Positions 37,719-48,239 of a DNA stretch of 64,000 nucleotides are shown piece after piece. Source of the DNA: Bacillota bacterium (GTDB lineage Bacteria > Bacillota > SHA-98 > UBA4971); the NCBI GenBank assembly GCA_050261335.1, contig JBLNDE010000009.1:30010-94009 (forward strand). The letters run 5' to 3'. The stretch's first letter is position 1. Every line of letters starts with the position of its first letter. The position numbers were made by a program, and so were the translations under genes. The notes beneath the pieces were generated by a model. That model was given only the letters and a program-made list of their open reading frames with translations, was not told where the DNA came from and ran no database searches.

Positions 37719-39130
37719 CGGAGCGAGGAGCGACCGACGACATCACGGGAAGCGGCCCCGTCGCCGACATCGACATCGACATCCGCGACACTGACGTCGG
37801 CGTCGGCCGGGACACCGGCCGAGACATCGGCGTCGACATCGATCCGGGCCTGGCAGCGCTCATGCGGGAGGCTGCGAGAGCGTGCACGCCTGATATCGAG
37901 AGGCTCGACGCTCTTGCCGGGCGTAACCTCGCCAGGGTGCTCGAGGCGTTCAGAGACGTGGGCGTGACCGACCAGGATTTCGGCGGCACGACAGGGTACG
38001 GCTACGATGATCGCGGCAGAGAGGTGACGGAGGCGCTCTTCGCCCGGGTGTTCGGGGCCGAGGCGGCCATCGTGCGCCACCAGATCGTGTCCGGTACCCA
38101 TGCTCTCGCCCTGTGCCTCTTCGGCCTCCTTCTCCCCGGAGACGAGGTCCTGTTTGCCAGCGGCGAACCATACGACACCCTGCGCGATGTGGTGGGCATG
38201 GCAGGGCCGGTGCCAGGCTCCCTCGCCGAGCTCGGGGTGACGTGGCGGGTCGTTCCACGCGAAGGCGGAGGCCAGGCGCTCGACGTGGACCGGATACGCC
38301 GTGCCCTCCACGAGCGCACGAAGGTCGTTTTCATCCAGCGGTCCAGGGGATACTCATGGCAGTCTTCGGTGCCGGTACACGAGATCGAACGCGTCGCCCG
38401 GGCGATCAGGGCGGACAAGCCTGACGCCATCGTAGTCGTGGACAACTGTTACGGCGAGTTTACCGAGGACCGGGAACCCACTGCGGCCGCCGCCTCGGTC
38501 GTTTCAGGCTCGCTCATCAAGAATCCCGGCGGCGGGATCGCCCCCGCAGGAGGCTACATCGCGGGTAAGCGTCATCTCATCGAGCGCATCGCCGCACGCC
38601 TTACTGCCCCTGGGGTGGGCGCGGCCGTCGGCCCGAGCCTTGGGCAGTCGCGCCTCATCCTCCAGGGCCTTTTCCTGGCTCCCGTCATGGTGGCGGAGTC
38701 CATGGCAGGCACGCGCGTGGCGGCCCACGTTTTCCGGGCGCTCGGGTACCCTGTGCTGCCTGACGACCGGGAGCAGCCATCCGATACGGTGCTCGCCGTG
38801 AGGATGTTCTCCCGGGACCGCCTGGTTACGTTCTGCCGCGGCTTTCACCTGGCAAGTCCCGTGAACGCGCGTTACGCGCCCGAACCGTGCGCCCTCCCCG
38901 GGTACTCTGACAGCGTCATCATGGCCGGCGGGACGTTCGTGCAGGGGTCGTCGTCGGAACTCACAGTGGATGCGCCCCTGCGCCCGCCGTACACAGCATA
39001 TATCCAGGGCGGGCTTTCAAGGCACCACGTTCAGCTGGCGGTCCTCGCGGGACTCACCGCGCTGGCACGCAGGGGCATGCTGAGGCCTGCGGAGGCGGTG
39101 GAGGCAGGGGCGGCGGCGGATACGCGGTGA
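37715..39130 (+). CDS. ynbB: YnbB-like PLP-dependent protein (aluminium-resistance family). The N-terminal DIDIDI/DIGVDID repeat may be a leader, with the true start at 37862.
   Basis: [16 protein letters not shown] motif characteristic of the YnbB family. Confidence 0.75.
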   Translation: MTERGATDDITGSGPVADIDIDIRDTDVGVGRDTGRDIGVDIDPGLAALMREAARACTPDIERLDALAGRNLARVLEAFRDVGVTDQDFGGTTGYGYDDRGREVTEALFARVFGAEAAIVRHQIVSGTHALALCLFGLLLPGDEVLFASGEPYDTLRDVVGMAGPVPGSLAELGVTWRVVPREGGGQALDVDRIRRALHERTKVVFIQRSRGYSWQSSVPVHEIERVARAIRADKPDAIVVVDNCYGEFTEDREPTAAAASVVSGSLIKNPGGGIAPAGGYIAGKRHLIERIAARLTAPGVGAAVGPSLGQSRLILQGLFLAPVMVAESMAGTRVAAHVFRALGYPVLPDDREQPSDTVLAVRMFSRDRLVTFCRGFHLASPVNARYAPEPCALPGYSDSVIMAGGTFVQGSSSELTVDAPLRPPYTAYIQGGLSRHHVQLAVLAGLTALARRGMLRPAEAVEAGAAADTR

Positions 39131-39198
39131 GGACGGCCCGGGCGCGCTGCGAGCATGATCCGGTCCCTGTCGCGGCTGGACAAATTGCGGCGGTTCGC

Positions 39199-39226
39199 TT
39201 GACTTTGGGGGGCGATCTGCTAAAAT
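39199..39226 (+). promoter_or_regulatory. sigma-A promoter TTGACT-16-TAAAAT
   Basis: Read directly ~60 nt upstream of speH with a GAAGGGAGG RBS following. Confidence 0.5.
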
Positions 39227-39288
39227 TGCGTTGATCGGGCAAGTCACCGGTCGGAAGGGAGAGGTCTTGAAGGGAGGCGGGACTTTGG

Positions 39289-39672
39289 ATGACAAACACT
39301 TTGGGGCGTCATATCCTGTGCGAGGCGTACGAGTGTGACCCTGAGGTGCTTGACAAAATCGAAGCCGTTAGGGAGATCATGGTAGACGCTGCTTTGCGGG
39401 CCGGGGCCGAGATCCGCGAGGTGGCGTTTCATAAGTTCAGCCCTCAGGGGGTCAGCGGTGTGGTGGTCATATCCGAATCGCACCTCGCCGTCCACACCTG
39501 GCCGGAGCACAGGTATGCTGCAGTCGACGTGTTTACATGTGGGGACAGGGTGGACCCCCTGGTCGCGTGTGGTTATATCCGCGACCGGTTCAAGGCCCGC
39601 CGAATCGTGGCTTCCGAGGTGAAAAGGGGGATCTTCGACGAGCACGACGTGACGAAGATCTCCCCGGGGTAG
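39289..39672 (+). CDS. speH: S-adenosylmethionine decarboxylase proenzyme, class 1B
   Basis: ESH self-processing site (VVISESHLAVHTWPE). Confidence 0.9.
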   Translation: MTNTLGRHILCEAYECDPEVLDKIEAVREIMVDAALRAGAEIREVAFHKFSPQGVSGVVVISESHLAVHTWPEHRYAAVDVFTCGDRVDPLVACGYIRDRFKARRIVASEVKRGIFDEHDVTKISPG

Positions 39673-39716
39673 CTTCCTCTGGAGGCTTAGCCCCTGTGAA
39701 TGCACCAGATCGGATC

Positions 39717-39751
39717 GGGGAACAACAGGGACGTTCCCCGGTCCTTTTTTT
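39717..39751 (+). terminator. Rho-independent terminator
   Basis: GGGGAAC(N9)GTTCCCC followed by T7. Confidence 0.7.
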
Positions 39752-39877
39752 CATAGCCGGCGACGAAGCAGGATAGGAATGAGAGGTGGCGAAGTAAATG
39801 GATTGCGGCGGGCCGACCCATCACCTCTGGCGCGAGAGGTACCGGCCCGACCAGCTCGAGGAGGGTGATTTACGCCA

Positions 39878-40957
39878 ATGGATGCAACCGCGAAGATGCT
39901 GAAAGATCTCTCGGAAGCACCGGGGGTATCAGGCTATGAGAAGGAAGTCCGCAGGGTTATCCGGCGGTACGTGGAGCCGTATGCCGTGATCGAGCAGGAC
40001 CGGCTCGGGAGCCTCGTGGCGCGCCGCACAGGCGCGAGCGACCGGCCGAGGATAATGCTGGCTGCGCACATGGACGAGATCGGGTTCATGGTGAAGTCGG
40101 TGACCTCCGAGGGATACTTGAGATTCCTGCCACTCGGCGGCTGGTTCGACCAGGTGTTGCTGGCTCAAAGAGTCATCGTCAAGACCGCGTCCGGCGACGT
40201 GCCGGGGATCATTGGCTCGAAGCCGCCCCATCTCCTTACCGAGGAAGAGCGAAAGAAGGTCGTGGAGAAGAAGGATATGTTCATCGACATCGGGGCCACC
40301 AGCTTTGAACAGGCTACGAGCGAGTTCGGCATCCGGCCGGGAGACCCCGTGGTCCCGGCAAGCAGCTTCGAGGTCCTCAAGAACGATAAGGTGTACATGG
40401 GCAAGGCATGGGACGACAGGGTCGGGTGTGCCCTGTTCATCGACGTTCTCAGGAACCTTGCAGGCGGCAGCGGGAGCCATCCCAACACGGTGTACGGGGT
40501 AGCCACGGTTCAGGAGGAAGTGGGGCTTCGCGGCGCGGAGACCAGCGCAGACGTGGTCGATCCCGATGTGGCGTTCGCGCTCGAGGTCGGCATCGCCAAC
40601 GACGTGCCCGGCAGCGACAAGGACAAGGTGCAGGAGCGCATGGGCGAGGGCCCGGTCATCCTCATATACGACCGGTCTCTCATTCCCAACATCAAACTTC
40701 GCGACCTTGTCATCGATACGGCGAAGGCTCACGGCATACCGTACCAGACCGATTTCATGGAGGGCGGCGCGGCCGACACCGGGAGGATCCACCTCCACGG
40801 AAGCGGCGTACCGTCCATCGTGATCGGGGTGCCGTCGCGTTACATCCACAGTCATGCAGCGCTCATACACCGCGACGACTACGATCATGCGGTTGCGCTC
40901 ATAACGGAGGTTGTGAAGCGACTCGACGCGGTAACCGTAGCCGACCTCGTCAGCTAA
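39878..40957 (+). CDS. M42 family glutamyl aminopeptidase (FrvX/YsdC-like)
   Basis: M42 metal-binding motifs (HMDEIG; QEEVGLRGA). Confidence 0.85.
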   Translation: MDATAKMLKDLSEAPGVSGYEKEVRRVIRRYVEPYAVIEQDRLGSLVARRTGASDRPRIMLAAHMDEIGFMVKSVTSEGYLRFLPLGGWFDQVLLAQRVIVKTASGDVPGIIGSKPPHLLTEEERKKVVEKKDMFIDIGATSFEQATSEFGIRPGDPVVPASSFEVLKNDKVYMGKAWDDRVGCALFIDVLRNLAGGSGSHPNTVYGVATVQEEVGLRGAETSADVVDPDVAFALEVGIANDVPGSDKDKVQERMGEGPVILIYDRSLIPNIKLRDLVIDTAKAHGIPYQTDFMEGGAADTGRIHLHGSGVPSIVIGVPSRYIHSHAALIHRDDYDHAVALITEVVKRLDAVTVADLVS

Positions 40958-41166
40958 GTGGATCGCCACAAGTTCGCGCTCCTTTTCGGCGGGTGAGTCC
41001 TGTTCAGGGTTGCCGGTGTTGCCCTCCGGGGACGGCGGGCTTGCGGCGCGCCTCGTTCGAATGTGGCGCGCGGGCTAGCCAAATTCCAGGCGCCCCGCCC
41101 TAGCAAGCACCGGCAACCCCAACACCGTCAGAGAAGATGGCGCAAACTCATGGCGCCATACCTGGA
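40954..41166 (-). repeat. MITE-like repeat, copy D (full length, inverted orientation)
   Basis: Reverse complement aligns end-to-end with copies A and E; overlaps the peptidase stop codon. Confidence 0.8.
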
Positions 41167-41278
41167 CGGCGGTCCGGACACCACCGCCATTCGCTTTCAC
41201 GGGGGTGACCGACGTTGCACTCAAGAGACGGCGCCCCGGACGAGGCGCCTCGACAGATCCCGGAAGGAGGGAACCGAC

Positions 41279-42706
41279 ATGCTTGGTGGAAGGCGTGCCC
41301 TGCCTCTCCTGATGCTCGCGGTCCTGGTGGTCGCCGCGTCAGCCGCTGCGCTCGCGCAGGATGAGAGCATCGAGGTGGGGCCTGAGCAGCAAAGGAACGT
41401 GTCGCTCACTGTGTATAGCGACAACCTTGCGCTGGTCCGTGACGAGCGCCTCGTGTCGCTTGGCGAGGGTCTCAACGTGCTGCGCTTCTCCGATGTGGCG
41501 AGGAACATCGACCCGTCGTCGGTGCGCCTTGTGTCGCTCACGGCGCCGGGGGACGTCATGCTGCTCGAGCAGAACTTCGAATACGACCTTGTGAGCAGGC
41601 AGAAGCTCCTCGAGAAGTACATAGGCAGACAGATCGAGCTCAACCGCGACGGCGTCATCCGTCCGGCAAGGCTTCTCGCGGTGGATTCCCAGGGCAAGCT
41701 CACGGTGGAGATGGACGGGAAGATCCTCCTGGACCCGCCGGGGAACGTTGAGCTTCCCGCGCTCCCGTCCGGGCTCATCCTGCGCCCGACTCTCGTGTGG
41801 TACGTGCAGGCGAAGTCGGCCGCTGAGCACGTGGCCGAGGTGAACTACCTCACCGGGGGCGTGAGCTGGCGCGCCGACTACGTCTGCGTGCTCGACGAGA
41901 AGGATAGAGCGGTGGCGCTCAACGGCTGGGTGACCCTTGACAACAGGAGTGGCGCCACGTACCGCAACGCCTCGCTCAAGCTCGTCGCAGGTGAGGTGCG
42001 GACGATCGACGCGGACATGCAACTCAAGGCCGTGCCGATGGTCTCCGGGGCTGCGCCCTCTGCGGCGTTCGAGGAAAAGCCGCTCTTCGAGTATCATTCG
42101 TACACTCTGAAGCGCCGCACGACGGTGGCCGACAACCAGCTCAAACAAATAGAGCTTCTCTCCGCCCCGAACGTGCCGGTCAAGAAGATGTATGTGTTCG
42201 AGACCCCGGGGCGCCGGTACGGCTACCAGACGTACGCAGGGAAGAAGGAGACCGGCGACGTCAAGGTGGTCATAGAGTTCGAGAACAAGGCCGGTGCGGG
42301 TCTCGGCATCCCGCTTCCCGCAGGGAAGGTGCGGGTGTACAAGGCCTCGCCCGACAAGAGCCTCGACTTCGTGGGAGAGGATGCCATCGCCCACACCCCG
42401 CGCGATGAGACCGTGCGCCTTTACGTCGGAAACGCCTTCGACCTGGTAGGCGAGCGGACCGTCACCGACTACAAGAAGATCGGGGCGAACTCGTATGAGG
42501 AGGCGTGCTGCATCAAGCTGCGGAACCACAAGGACGAGGACGTGGAGATCATGGTCATCGAGAGGTTCTACGGGGAATGGACGATTCTGAGCTGCGTCCC
42601 GCAGTCGTACCAGAAGCTCGATGCGAACACCGCCGCGTTCAAGATAAAGGTGCCCAGGGGCAAGGAAGCTGAGATCCTCTACCGGGTCCGCGTCATCGCC
42701 GACTGA
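41279..42706 (+). CDS. Secreted hypothetical protein, DUF4139-like
   Basis: Signal peptide (ALPLLMLAVLVVAASAAALA); GGAAGGAGG RBS; ORF extends into the repeat to 41063. Confidence 0.45.
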   Translation: MLGGRRALPLLMLAVLVVAASAAALAQDESIEVGPEQQRNVSLTVYSDNLALVRDERLVSLGEGLNVLRFSDVARNIDPSSVRLVSLTAPGDVMLLEQNFEYDLVSRQKLLEKYIGRQIELNRDGVIRPARLLAVDSQGKLTVEMDGKILLDPPGNVELPALPSGLILRPTLVWYVQAKSAAEHVAEVNYLTGGVSWRADYVCVLDEKDRAVALNGWVTLDNRSGATYRNASLKLVAGEVRTIDADMQLKAVPMVSGAAPSAAFEEKPLFEYHSYTLKRRTTVADNQLKQIELLSAPNVPVKKMYVFETPGRRYGYQTYAGKKETGDVKVVIEFENKAGAGLGIPLPAGKVRVYKASPDKSLDFVGEDAIAHTPRDETVRLYVGNAFDLVGERTVTDYKKIGANSYEEACCIKLRNHKDEDVEIMVIERFYGEWTILSCVPQSYQKLDANTAAFKIKVPRGKEAEILYRVRVIAD

Positions 42707-42772
42707 CTCGGCAAATACCATAGTAGCGGACGTAACGGTGCAAGGCGTGAAAGTCAAGGCGCTGGCTTACAG

Positions 42773-43057
42773 ATGCCGGACGCTGGAAGTAAGCTCAATC
42801 AGGGAGGGATGGCTGTGGCCTGCTATCTGATTGACGACATCGAGGGGTTCCGGCAGAGTATCGTGGGCACCGTCATAGTAGACGTGGACATCCGCACCAG
42901 CGAGGCACGACCGCAGGACCCAGGATACTGGGAGGAGGTGCTCATCACCCTCGACTCCGGGTATGTCATCCAGTTCTTCGGCACGTTCTCGGAGGAGTTC
43001 AAGCAAAGGCACCAGATTGGGCAAACACCGCGCGGCGCTGACGGCGATTACCACTGA
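42773..43057 (+). CDS. Hypothetical small protein
   Basis: 94 aa ORF; alternative ATG at 42809. Confidence 0.3.
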   Translation: MPDAGSKLNQGGMAVACYLIDDIEGFRQSIVGTVIVDVDIRTSEARPQDPGYWEEVLITLDSGYVIQFFGTFSEEFKQRHQIGQTPRGADGDYH

Positions 43058-43390
43058 TTCCGCGGATTTCGCCGATTCTGCTGGTTACGCCGGTTACGAC
43101 GGTTACGACGGCCTCCCGGGTTCCACCGGTTCCACCGGCTGCGGGCAGGCTCACGTGTCAGGAAGCGCGTGCAGTGCAGCGCGTAAGCAAGGCTCAGACG
43201 GGGCTGGCCGCCGAGTGGCGGCCAGCCCCGACGCGCTGTCCAGGGGCTCGGCTCACCCACCGGCGCGTGTGCGTGCGCTGCGGGCCTGGACCACCAGTCC
43301 CGCAAGAAGGGTTGCAGCCGCGCATGGCGAATCCAGTCATGAGAGGTCCCGGTAGGGCCGCACGCACTGGAGGGAACGAGAGGGGGTGGC

Positions 43391-44257
43391 GTGATGGAAG
43401 CGAAGCCGAAACCAGCGGGCGATCTTCTCGGAGAAGGCGACTACTGCGTCATCGAACGCACATTCCCGGCCGTCTATGTGTCACCACCTGGCGGGCACGA
43501 GAGTCTCCGTCGTAGCCTGCGGCTTCTGCGCGGCATCGGCCCCAAGACCGAGGAGAAGCTTAAGGCCCAGGGGTACCACGATCTCGCCTGCCTGGTCAGG
43601 CACACCCGCTGGGGCCAGGCGGCGTGCACCGTGCTCGCGGCGATAGAGGGAGGCGACGCAGAACTTCTTGCCAGGTGCGGGGCGTCGGACCTCGACCTCC
43701 TCTGTTTCTATCCTGTGACTCGCATGGCATTCATCGACATAGAGACCACCGGGCTGTACAGCACCCAGCCGCTCTTCCTCGTGGGAATCATGGGATTTCG
43801 CGACGATGGAAACATGGTGCTTCGACAGTTCCTGGCCAGGTCCTACGAGGAGGAGGCCGCGGTGCTCGCCGCGGTGCGTGACGAATTCGACAGGTTCGAG
43901 GTGGTGACGACCTACAACGGCCGCAGGTTCGATCTGCCGTACATACGCGACCGCATGGCGTATTATGGCATCGAGTGCAGTTCGTGCACGTTCCACCTGG
44001 ACCTCCTGAGGACCGCGCGACGGCTCCTCCGGGGTGTCCTGCCTGATTGTCGGCTGGTGACGGTGGCAGAGCATCTCCTTGGCTACGAGCGCCGCGGGGA
44101 CATCCCCAGCGCGATGATTCCCGAGGTATACCACGAGTTCGTGAGAAGCCGCAACCCCGCTCTCATACGCCCGGTCCTCGAGCACAATGCGATGGACCTT
44201 CACGCGCTTGCGCTGATCCTCGAGAACATACTCGGCCGGGCGGCCGAGCAAGGCTGA
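43391..44257 (+). CDS. RNase H-fold 3'-5' exonuclease-like protein (YprB family) with N-terminal HhH
   Basis: [15 protein letters not shown] HhH; FIDIETTGL exonuclease motif I. Confidence 0.55.
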   Translation: MMEAKPKPAGDLLGEGDYCVIERTFPAVYVSPPGGHESLRRSLRLLRGIGPKTEEKLKAQGYHDLACLVRHTRWGQAACTVLAAIEGGDAELLARCGASDLDLLCFYPVTRMAFIDIETTGLYSTQPLFLVGIMGFRDDGNMVLRQFLARSYEEEAAVLAAVRDEFDRFEVVTTYNGRRFDLPYIRDRMAYYGIECSSCTFHLDLLRTARRLLRGVLPDCRLVTVAEHLLGYERRGDIPSAMIPEVYHEFVRSRNPALIRPVLEHNAMDLHALALILENILGRAAEQG

Positions 44258-44331
44258 CAGGGCATCAGCGTGCTGCCGCATCTGCCAGATTCACAGCATG
44301 GAGGGACGAGCTGTTGGACGAGACAAGAATC

Positions 44332-44877
44332 ATGAACGCCGTCAGAGAGATTATCGAGGCCATCGGAGAGGATCCGGACCGTGAGGGACTTCGCGAGACG
44401 CCGCGCAGGATCGCGAGGATGTACGAGGAGATATTCTGCGGCATCGGCAAGGACCCCCGCGACCTCCTCGCTCCGGTCTTCAATGAGCACCATGAGGAAA
44501 TGGTCATCATCAAGGACATACCATTCTATTCCATGTGCGAGCATCATCTGCTGCCCTTCCACGGCAAGGCCCACGTGGCCTACCTGCCCAAGGGCGGCCG
44601 CGTCGTGGGTCTGAGCAAGCTCGCGCGGGTGGTCGAGACCGTCGCCAGGCGCCCACAGCTCCAAGAGAGGCTCACGAGCGAGGTCGCCGACATGATCGAT
44701 GAGGCGCTCAAGCCGCATGGAGTCGTGGTGGTCATCGAAGCCGAGCACATGTGCATGTCGATGCGCGGGGTGACCAAGCCGGGCAGCATCGCCGTGACCT
44801 CGGCCGTAAGGGGCCTGTTCCGCAAGGACGTTGCCGCCAGGGCCGAGGCGTTCTCCCTCATCAAGGGTCAGCCGTAG
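44332..44877 (+). CDS. folE: GTP cyclohydrolase I
   Basis: FolE core ([22 protein letters not shown]); ORF extends to 44047. Confidence 0.9.
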   Translation: MNAVREIIEAIGEDPDREGLRETPRRIARMYEEIFCGIGKDPRDLLAPVFNEHHEEMVIIKDIPFYSMCEHHLLPFHGKAHVAYLPKGGRVVGLSKLARVVETVARRPQLQERLTSEVADMIDEALKPHGVVVVIEAEHMCMSMRGVTKPGSIAVTSAVRGLFRKDVAARAEAFSLIKGQP

Positions 44878-45027
44878 CTCCGGCGCGCGCAGGGTTCGTC
44901 CGGCAGGCCCCGCCCTGGGCGCTGACCTAGCTGCGGGCTTGCCAGGCGCAGGTGGGCGACAGGGTGCGCTGTGGGTACTCCCGACGTCCGCGCGCCAGTG
45001 TGTCCGTCCACGATTTTCGAAGCCTGG

Positions 45028-45058
45028 GTAATAATCGCTCCCTCCGCTCATATACATT
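45028..45058 (+). promoter_or_regulatory. Candidate sigma-E-type forespore-coat promoter for spoIVA
   Basis: ATAAT ... 13 nt ... CATATACA resembles the sigma-E -35 ATATT / -10 CATACA-T consensus. Confidence 0.3.
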
Positions 45059-45103
45059 ATTCTGAAAGCCGGGTGTGACCCGGTGCCGGGGGAGGGAGCC
45101 GGT

Positions 45104-46582
45104 ATGGAGACGTTCGACATCTTCCAGGACATCGCCACGAGGACCAACGGCGATATCTACATCGGAGTGGTCGGACCGGTCAGAACGGGAAAGTCCACGT
45201 TCATCAAGCGGTTCATGGACCTCCTGGTCCTCCCGAACATATCTGACATGTACGACAAGCAGCGCTCAGTGGATGAACTCCCGCAGAGCGGCGGCGGCAG
45301 GACCATCATGACCACCGAACCCAAGTTCGTGCCCAGCGAGGCCGTGCAAGTCGAGATCGAGGACAACGTCAAGGTCCGAGTGAGGCTCGTCGACTGTGTG
45401 GGCTACACGGTCAGGGGAGCGCTGGGCTACGAGGACGACGCGGGCCCGAGGATGGTCGTCACGCCGTGGTTCGATTACGAGATCCCGTTCGAGGACGCAG
45501 CGGAGTTCGGCACGCGGAAGGTGATAACGGACCACTCCACCATCGGCCTGGTGGTTCTGACCGATGGCTCGATTACGGAGATCCCGAGAGAGAACTACGT
45601 GCCGGCGGAAGAGCGGGTCATCGAGGAGCTTCGACAGCTTCACAAGCCGTTCGTGGCGGTCCTCAACTCGGTCGCGCCGTGGTCGAGGGAGGCCCAGGAC
45701 CTCGCGTCCCAGCTGGCCGCGAAGTACCAGGTGCCGGTCATCCCTCTCGATTGCATGCGGATGGGTGTCGAGGACGTCAAGGGCGTCCTGCGCGAGGTGC
45801 TCTACGAGTTCCCGGTCCGCGAAGTGAGCGTGAGGCTGCCGGTCTGGTTGAGCGAACTCGGCGGGGATCACTGGTTACGGCAGAGGTTCCATGAGGCCGT
45901 GGTCGGTACGGTCAAGGAGGTCAAGAGGATACGCGACATCCACGGAGTCGCCGACAGGCTCTCCGGAGAGGAGTTCGTATCCGGAGCCGACCTCACGACA
46001 ATGGAGCTTGGCACCGGGACAGTGGCAATCGATCTCGAGGCGCCGCGCAGCCTCTTCTTCCAGGTGGTCCAGGAGGTGAGCGGGCTCGAGGTGGAGGGCG
46101 ACCATCACCTGCTGCGACTCATGAAGGAGCTTTCCGTAGCGAAGAAAGAATACGACAAGATCGCCGACGGTCTGCAGGATGCACGCGAACTTGGATACGG
46201 GATTGTCATGCCGCTCCTGGATGAACTCACTTTCGAGGAGCCGGAGCTCATACGACAGGGCAGCCGGTTCGGCGTGAGGCTCAAGGCGTCGGCGCCGTCC
46301 ATCCACATGATCCGGGCGAACATCGAGACGGAGGTCACCACGAACGTAGGGACGGAGAGGCAGGGCGAGGAGCTCGTCAGGAGGCTGTCCGAGGAGTTCG
46401 AGAAGGACCCGGACCGCATCTGGAATACCGACTTCCTCGGGAAGTCCCTGCACGAGCTGGTGAAAGAGGGGATCGAGAGCAAGCTGTATCGAATGCCCGA
46501 GAACGCGCAACAGAAGCTTCAGGAGACCCTCCAGAAGATCGTCAACGAGGGAAGCGGCGGTCTCATCTGCATAATCCTGTGA
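45104..46582 (+). CDS. spoIVA: Stage IV sporulation protein A
   Basis: METFDIFQDIATRTNGDIYIGVVGPVRTGKSTFIKRFMDLLVLPNI. Confidence 0.9.
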   Translation: METFDIFQDIATRTNGDIYIGVVGPVRTGKSTFIKRFMDLLVLPNISDMYDKQRSVDELPQSGGGRTIMTTEPKFVPSEAVQVEIEDNVKVRVRLVDCVGYTVRGALGYEDDAGPRMVVTPWFDYEIPFEDAAEFGTRKVITDHSTIGLVVLTDGSITEIPRENYVPAEERVIEELRQLHKPFVAVLNSVAPWSREAQDLASQLAAKYQVPVIPLDCMRMGVEDVKGVLREVLYEFPVREVSVRLPVWLSELGGDHWLRQRFHEAVVGTVKEVKRIRDIHGVADRLSGEEFVSGADLTTMELGTGTVAIDLEAPRSLFFQVVQEVSGLEVEGDHHLLRLMKELSVAKKEYDKIADGLQDARELGYGIVMPLLDELTFEEPELIRQGSRFGVRLKASAPSIHMIRANIETEVTTNVGTERQGEELVRRLSEEFEKDPDRIWNTDFLGKSLHELVKEGIESKLYRMPENAQQKLQETLQKIVNEGSGGLICIIL

Positions 46583-46762
46583 GGACTGCGCGCCTCAATC
46601 CGGCAGCGAAGCGCATCCGCGGCAGGGCCCGGATGGATGAAGGCTCGGAGTCCGGAAGGTCGAAGACCGGAGAGGTCCGGAACCGCAAGCACTGGCAAGC
46701 ACTGGAGAGGAACCCGGAGGGCGGAGCTGGAAAGAGGTGGAGTGAGAGAGCAGAGATCGGGC

Positions 46763-46797
46763 GGCGGGCCGCGCAGTGCGGCCCGCCGTTTATAAAT
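46763..46797 (+). terminator. Rho-independent terminator after spoIVA
   Basis: GGCGGGCCGC-gcagt-GCGGCCCGCC then GTTTATAAAT. Confidence 0.55.
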
Positions 46798-46841
46798 CCT
46801 GCTTCAAGTGGGCAACATACCTGCGAAAGGAGGTTTCCGGA

Positions 46842-47117
46842 ATGACCAAGACGGAGCTGGTTGACAGAGTCGCAGCCAAGACCGCCTTTACCAAGAAGGA
46901 CTCGGCCAAGGTCGTTGACGCGGTGTTCGAAGCGGTCTCGGAAGCCCTTGCCGCAGGTGAAAAGGTGTCGCTCGTCGGTTTCGGCAGCTTCGAAACGCGC
47001 AAGAGGGCGGCCCGGGCAGGCAGGGACCCAAGGACGGGGAAGACCATCCGCATCGCCGCACGGACCGTGCCGGTTTTCAAGGCTGGGAAGACCTTGAAAG
47101 ACGCCGTGGCGAGGTGA
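46842..47117 (+). CDS. hbs: DNA-binding protein HU
   Basis: HU/IHF fold ([15 protein letters not shown]...RTGKTI); AAGGAGG RBS. Confidence 0.9.
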   Translation: MTKTELVDRVAAKTAFTKKDSAKVVDAVFEAVSEALAAGEKVSLVGFGSFETRKRAARAGRDPRTGKTIRIAARTVPVFKAGKTLKDAVAR

Positions 47118-47156
47118 TGTTCTGTCCCTCTGGCGTCCTCTTGGCCAAACTCGGGG

Positions 47157-47185
47157 TTGCGACCACGCCGGCGATCTGTTATAAT
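47157..47185 (+). promoter_or_regulatory. Promoter TTGCGA-17-TGTTATAAT upstream of tRNA-Pro
   Basis: Read directly. Confidence 0.45.
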
Positions 47186-47226
47186 GCACATGGGCCGCAG
47201 GAGAAGCGGGCCAGCAAGTCTTGGGT

Positions 47227-47304
47227 CGGGGCGTGGCGCAGTTTGGCTAGCGCGCCTGAATGGGGTTCAGGAGGTCGCGAGTTCAAGTCTCGCCGCTCCG
47301 ACCA
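47227..47304 (+). tRNA. tRNA-Pro (anticodon GGG), CCA encoded
   Basis: Manual cloverleaf: acceptor CGGGGCG/CGCUCCG, anticodon stem CCUGA/UCAGG with loop AUGGGGU, T-arm GCGAG-UUCAAGU-CUCGC. Confidence 0.8.
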
Positions 47305-47681
47305 GTTTTTGTGCCTGATAGGGTCAGCGGTCAGCATATCGGGGATGGGCATGTCAAGAGCCGTCGTGGCAGCGACGCCAGGCGGCTCTGCTATCTCGTC
47401 CAGTTTAGGCGCCCATGGGCAGCCGCGCATCAAGGTCTCGGTCGTCGGCCCCCTAAAGCCAGAGCCGACGGTGACGATCGAGTTGAGGTGGGAGAGACAG
47501 GTTCACAACAAGTGAGAAACGGTGCTCTCCTTCAGAAGATGGCTGGTGCCATAATCCCCTCGCATCAACCGTGGGACCGTCGGCAGTTATAGTGATGTCC
47601 CGGGCAGGCAGGTTTTAACCGCATCTCCGTCGAATTTGCCCCCTAAACATGATGGAAACACTACCATGAAGAGGAAGACTT

Positions 47682-48005
47682 GTGTCTATGGGCGGGACGG
47701 AACGTGATCGACCGGGCGGCGATGCCGGAGACAATGCAAGAGCCGAGATAACGGTGACGGGCAGGGTCCAAGGGGTCGGCTTCCGGGGGTTCGCCCGAAG
47801 ACACGCGGCGGCGCTCGAGCTTCGCGGGTGGGTCAGGAACCGCTACGACGGTGTGGTCGAGCTCGTCGTCGAAGGTGAGCGCTACAGAATAGAGCGTTTC
47901 ATCGCCCTGCTCCGCGAGGGGCCGCCATGGGCATGCGTGGACCGGGTGAGCGTGCGGTGGAGCGCGTATGAGGGAGAGTTCGTGTCGTTCAGCGTCCGTG
48001 GATGA
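47682..48005 (+). CDS. acyP: Acylphosphatase
   Basis: VQGVGFRGFARRHAAALELRGWVRN motif. Confidence 0.8.
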   Translation: MSMGGTERDRPGGDAGDNARAEITVTGRVQGVGFRGFARRHAAALELRGWVRNRYDGVVELVVEGERYRIERFIALLREGPPWACVDRVSVRWSAYEGEFVSFSVRG

Positions 48006-48026
48006 TACTGAGACGCTCCTGAGGCG

Positions 48027-48075
48027 ATCCTGGGATGATCCGGAGATGATCCGGGGATGATCCCGGGATGAGAAG
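48027..48075 (+). repeat. Tandem ~11-bp direct repeat (GATGATCCGGG x4, imperfect)
   Basis: gatcctgg gatgatccgga gatgatccgggg atgatcccggg read directly. Confidence 0.6.
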
Positions 48076-48239
48076 GCGGCAGGCCTCCGAGGCTACGCAC
48101 GTACCGATGCGGCGCGACATAGATATGCATGGGACGCACGCACCAGCGCCGGGCAGGTCCACCACCAAAGCGCGGCTGCGTAAGGCACGCGTCAGGTGCC
48201 TTGCGTGCCGGGCATGCCAGGTCAGGGGGTGATGTCGGG

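Noticed and set aside
40408-41103. 231-aa Arg/Gly-rich ORF (+) overlapping the M42 peptidase in another frame
   Set aside because: Lies inside a confidently assigned gene and continues into the repeat. Composition artefact.
47114-47515. 133-aa ORF (+) and 84-aa ORF (-) overlapping tRNA-Pro
   Set aside because: They run straight through a cloverleaf-validated tRNA gene. They are spurious.
47305-47681. Possible small RNA or SRP RNA in the 375-nt gap after tRNA-Pro
   Set aside because: No recognisable conserved motif or convincing promoter/terminator pair. Left unassigned.
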